This document shows, in pieces, positions 26,892-29,490 of a stretch of 29,490 nucleotides of DNA (position 1 is its first letter; every line of letters begins with the position of its first letter). The stretch lies in NCBI GenBank assembly GCA_021780615.1, contig JAJXYJ010000018.1:1-29490 (forward strand). The letters are read 5' to 3'. This DNA is from a bacterium. Lineage in GTDB: Bacteria > Patescibacteriota > Minisyncoccia > UBA6257 > JAGOQP01. The translations under genes and the position numbers were made by a program. The notes under the pieces were generated by a model. That model was not told where the DNA came from. It saw only the letters and a program-made list of their open reading frames with translations, and did not search any database.

Positions 26892-29024
26892 ATGAATATT
26901 CCCAATCAAAAAACGTATACCCTTCCGTTCCATGGTCGTGATTTAAAATTTATCGTATCGTCCCTTGCAGGACAAGCGAATGCATCGGTCATTGGACAGT
27001 ATGGCGGAACGAGCGTCTTGGTGACGGTTGTCATGGGAAAAGAAGATCGTCCCATTGATTTCTTTCCGCTCACCGTTGACTACGAAGAGCGGTTTTACGC
27101 CGCTGGAAAAATTATTGGAAGCCGGTACGTCCGTCGCGAAGGACGTCCTTCACAGGAGGCTATTCTTTCAGGCAGACTCATTGACCGTTCTATTAGGCCG
27201 CTTTTTGACGAACGATTGCGCCGTGATGTGCAGGTGGTAGTGACGGTGCTTTCCTACGATGAAGAAAATGATCCTGACTTTTTGGCGCTCTGCGGTGCGT
27301 CATTAGCGCTTTCCATCTCCGATATTCCCTGGGGAGGTCCCATTGCGGGCGTAAAGCTTGTGCAAAATGGTGATATTACGGTTAATCCTTCCATTAAAGT
27401 CGTGGAGCAACTTCAAGAAACAGGAACTTGTGATGCATTTTTTGCAGGAACTGCAGATGTGGTGAATATGATTGAGTTGGGTGGGAGAGAAATTACGGAA
27501 GCTGGTGCACAGAAAATTTTTACCACCGCACATGAAGAAATAAAAAAATTGATTGCATTTCAAAACGGTATTATTAGTGAAATTGGAAAAAAGAAGGCTG
27601 ATGTTGTCTTCGTGGCAATTGACGAGGCTTTTAAAAAAGCTTTGCACGCGCGTGCGTTTGATGCGCTGAGTGAAACGCTTTTTATCGCTGATGCGACGGA
27701 GCGGGATGAAAAAACAAACGCGCTCAAAGAACTCGTGCATGAAGAGCTGCAGCAACAAGAAGCGTATGCGGTATGCATGCCGCAATTTGATGGTATCTGG
27801 GAGCGATTGTGCAACGAGGTCATCCATCGAACGATGTTGGAAAAGAACAAACGCCCTGATGGACGTGCATTTGATGAGATTCGTCCGCTCCATGCGGAAG
27901 TGGGTTTGTTTGAGCGCCTCCACGGATCATCAATTTTTATGCGTGGACAGACGCAATCATTGGCGGTAACGACATTGGCGGCTCCCGGATCCGAACAGTT
28001 TATAGAAACAATGGAAACGACTGGCAAACGACGCTTTATGTTGCATTACAATTTTCCGCCCTATGCCACCGGTGAAACGGGACGCGTGGGATCTCCGGGA
28101 CGTCGTGAAATTGGTCATGGGGCGCTTGCCGAAAAGGCATTGCGTGCGGTTATTCCTCCCAAGGATGTGTTTCCTTACACGATTCGCGTCGTGTCTGAAA
28201 TTGTCTCATCAAACGGATCTTCGTCTATGGCAAGTGTGTGCGCAGGCACGTTGTCGCTCATGGATGCGGGAGTGCCCCTTACCAAGCCGGTTGCCGGTAT
28301 TGCTATGGGATTAGCCACACCGCAAGGGTATGATAGTTCCAAGGGAGTGGACGAATTTAAAGTGTTTACTGACTTGCAAGGCCTTGAAGATCATTACGGT
28401 GACATGGACTTTAAAGTAGCAGGTACTCGTGATGGCATTACTGCCATTCAGATGGATGTAAAAATTAAAGGTATTTCCTTTGCTATTTATCAGCAGGGAC
28501 TTGCTATGGCACATGATGCGCGGATGAAGATTTTGGATGTCATACAACAAACAATCCCCGCACCTCGTACGAAACTTTCAGCATATGCTCCAAAGATTTT
28601 GACATATGTGGTGAAGCCGAATCAGATTGGATTGGTTATTGGGCAAGGAGGAAAGACGATTAACGGTATTATTGAAGAATTTGGCGTAGAATCGATTGAT
28701 ATTGACGAAGATGGAACAGTGTTTGTGTCCGGCACTGATCAGCAAAAGGTGGAGGATGCCATTGCATACATTAAAAATCTCACTAAAGAGTTTGAAGTAG
28801 GAGAGGTGATTACCGGCCCCATTATCAAACTTCTTGATTTTGGCGCCATTGTCGATTTAGGAGGTGGCAAAGATGGGATGATTCACGTGTCAGAAATAAA
28901 AAATGGCTACGTTGAACGAGCATCTGATCTTCTGAAACTTGGACAAGAAGTAACTGCTAAAGTGGTAAAAGTTGATGAGAATGGCAAGATTGGTCTTTCT
29001 ATAAAAGCGATGGGAGGAAAGTAA
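26892..29024 (+). CDS. pnp: Polyribonucleotide nucleotidyltransferase (PNPase)
   Basis: Two RNase PH-like domains, a KH domain (…VIGQGGKTINGIIEEFGVESIDI…) and a C-terminal S1 domain (…GEVITGPIIKLLDFGAIVDL…GMIHVSEI…). Start at MNIPNQK (26892); the tool ORF is extended upstream into the leader. Confidence 0.95.
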   Translation: MNIPNQKTYTLPFHGRDLKFIVSSLAGQANASVIGQYGGTSVLVTVVMGKEDRPIDFFPLTVDYEERFYAAGKIIGSRYVRREGRPSQEAILSGRLIDRSIRPLFDERLRRDVQVVVTVLSYDEENDPDFLALCGASLALSISDIPWGGPIAGVKLVQNGDITVNPSIKVVEQLQETGTCDAFFAGTADVVNMIELGGREITEAGAQKIFTTAHEEIKKLIAFQNGIISEIGKKKADVVFVAIDEAFKKALHARAFDALSETLFIADATERDEKTNALKELVHEELQQQEAYAVCMPQFDGIWERLCNEVIHRTMLEKNKRPDGRAFDEIRPLHAEVGLFERLHGSSIFMRGQTQSLAVTTLAAPGSEQFIETMETTGKRRFMLHYNFPPYATGETGRVGSPGRREIGHGALAEKALRAVIPPKDVFPYTIRVVSEIVSSNGSSSMASVCAGTLSLMDAGVPLTKPVAGIAMGLATPQGYDSSKGVDEFKVFTDLQGLEDHYGDMDFKVAGTRDGITAIQMDVKIKGISFAIYQQGLAMAHDARMKILDVIQQTIPAPRTKLSAYAPKILTYVVKPNQIGLVIGQGGKTINGIIEEFGVESIDIDEDGTVFVSGTDQQKVEDAIAYIKNLTKEFEVGEVITGPIIKLLDFGAIVDLGGGKDGMIHVSEIKNGYVERASDLLKLGQEVTAKVVKVDENGKIGLSIKAMGGK

Positions 29025-29063
29025 GTGCACTCTCTTGTCTCTACCTATAGAAGATTACCTATA

Positions 29064-29105
29064 TACAATCAAAAACCGCCTCATGGGCGGTTTTTGATTG
29101 TATAC
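29064..29105. terminator. Bidirectional intrinsic terminator within a larger inverted repeat (TACAATCAAAAACCGCC-TCAT-GGGCGGTTTTTGATTGTA)
   Basis: GC stem with symmetric A/T flanks, between pnp and the convergent 3D-domain gene. Confidence 0.75.
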
Positions 29106-29490
29106 TACAGTAATTCAATAGCGAGTCGTTGTCTGCCAAAATCAATCGCTGACTGTCTTGAATTAAACCATATATCAATTATATGTGTTCCATCATACCG
29201 AGCATTCATGCGATCATCGACGGTGAACACTTTATCACCATAGTACGCAGGGATTTTAAACCGAGTCCCAAAAGGGAGAAAGTTTGCCGCAACGATGCCA
29301 TCGTGGACATAATCACCTGACGCTGTAATGAAGGGGGTGCTATCGGTTTGATCGGGAGTGCTTGAGTAGGCGGTTGCTACGACAACTAAAGTTGCCGGAG
29401 GATTTCGCTTGATGACGGATGGTTTTGTTGAAGTTGAAGGATTTTCAACGACTGCATCCGGCACGGCAACGTCACAATGCCGCCGGTCGG
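29105..29490 (-). CDS. 3D-domain (MltA-like/RlpA-like double-psi beta-barrel) cell-wall-associated protein, N-terminally truncated by the window edge
   Basis: The C-terminus …VAANFLPFGTRFKIPAYYGDKVFTVDDRMNARYDGTHIIDIWFNSRQSAIDFGRQRLAIELL matches the 3D domain with its conserved Asp residues. The frame stays open to the window end; the tool start is a GTG. Confidence 0.6.
   Translation of the reverse strand, partial: DRRHCDVAVPDAVVENPSTSTKPSVIKRNPPATLVVVATAYSSTPDQTDSTPFITASGDYVHDGIVAANFLPFGTRFKIPAYYGDKVFTVDDRMNARYDGTHIIDIWFNSRQSAIDFGRQRLAIELL

Noticed and set aside
1-29490. CRISPR arrays, transposases, phage structural genes, toxin-antitoxin pairs
   Set aside because: No regularly spaced direct repeats with unique spacers and no recognisable transposase, integrase (other than the Xer-type), capsid or terminase motifs were seen in any frame.

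Overview
This 29.5-kb window is a chromosomal segment with compact gene spacing, about 40-45% GC and frequent intrinsic terminators. Its gene content is consistent with a small-genome Patescibacteria/CPR-like bacterium, though that assignment is an inference. Most of it is housekeeping: class A PBP, RuvC, YebC, YraN, Obg, oligoendopeptidase F, FtsH, ribosomal protein S1, GyrA, a membrane H+-pyrophosphatase, XerC/D-type recombinase, S15, PNPase, a DedA-family membrane protein, an SPFH protein and three tRNAs (Val-UAC, Ile-UAU, Leu-UAG).

The main candidate for something undescribed is a tandem array of five paralogous small secreted proteins at 18266-20341. Each has a Sec signal peptide and two hydrophobic helices, the TrbC/VirB2 (type IV secretion pilin-like) architecture. 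The array appears co-operonic with an orphan solute-binding protein and is followed by a convergent SPFH plus small membrane protein pair. No T4SS ATPase or channel genes are in the window.

Other points worth a second look:
- Both tRNA-Val and tRNA-Ile have duplicated 3'-end segments flanking short inserts. At tRNA-Val there are also nested, MITE-like inverted repeats and a degenerate tRNA fragment.
- The tRNA-Ile carries a UAU anticodon.
- A NYN-domain putative RNase gene sits between rpsO and pnp.
- A small extremely acidic protein lies next to ruvC.
- A roughly 350-bp divergent intergenic region contains two long perfect palindromes (34-42 bp) that share a 20-bp core around CACGTG, plus repeated half-sites.

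No CRISPR array, transposase or phage genes were seen. Coordinates of non-ORF features may be off by 1-2 nt.
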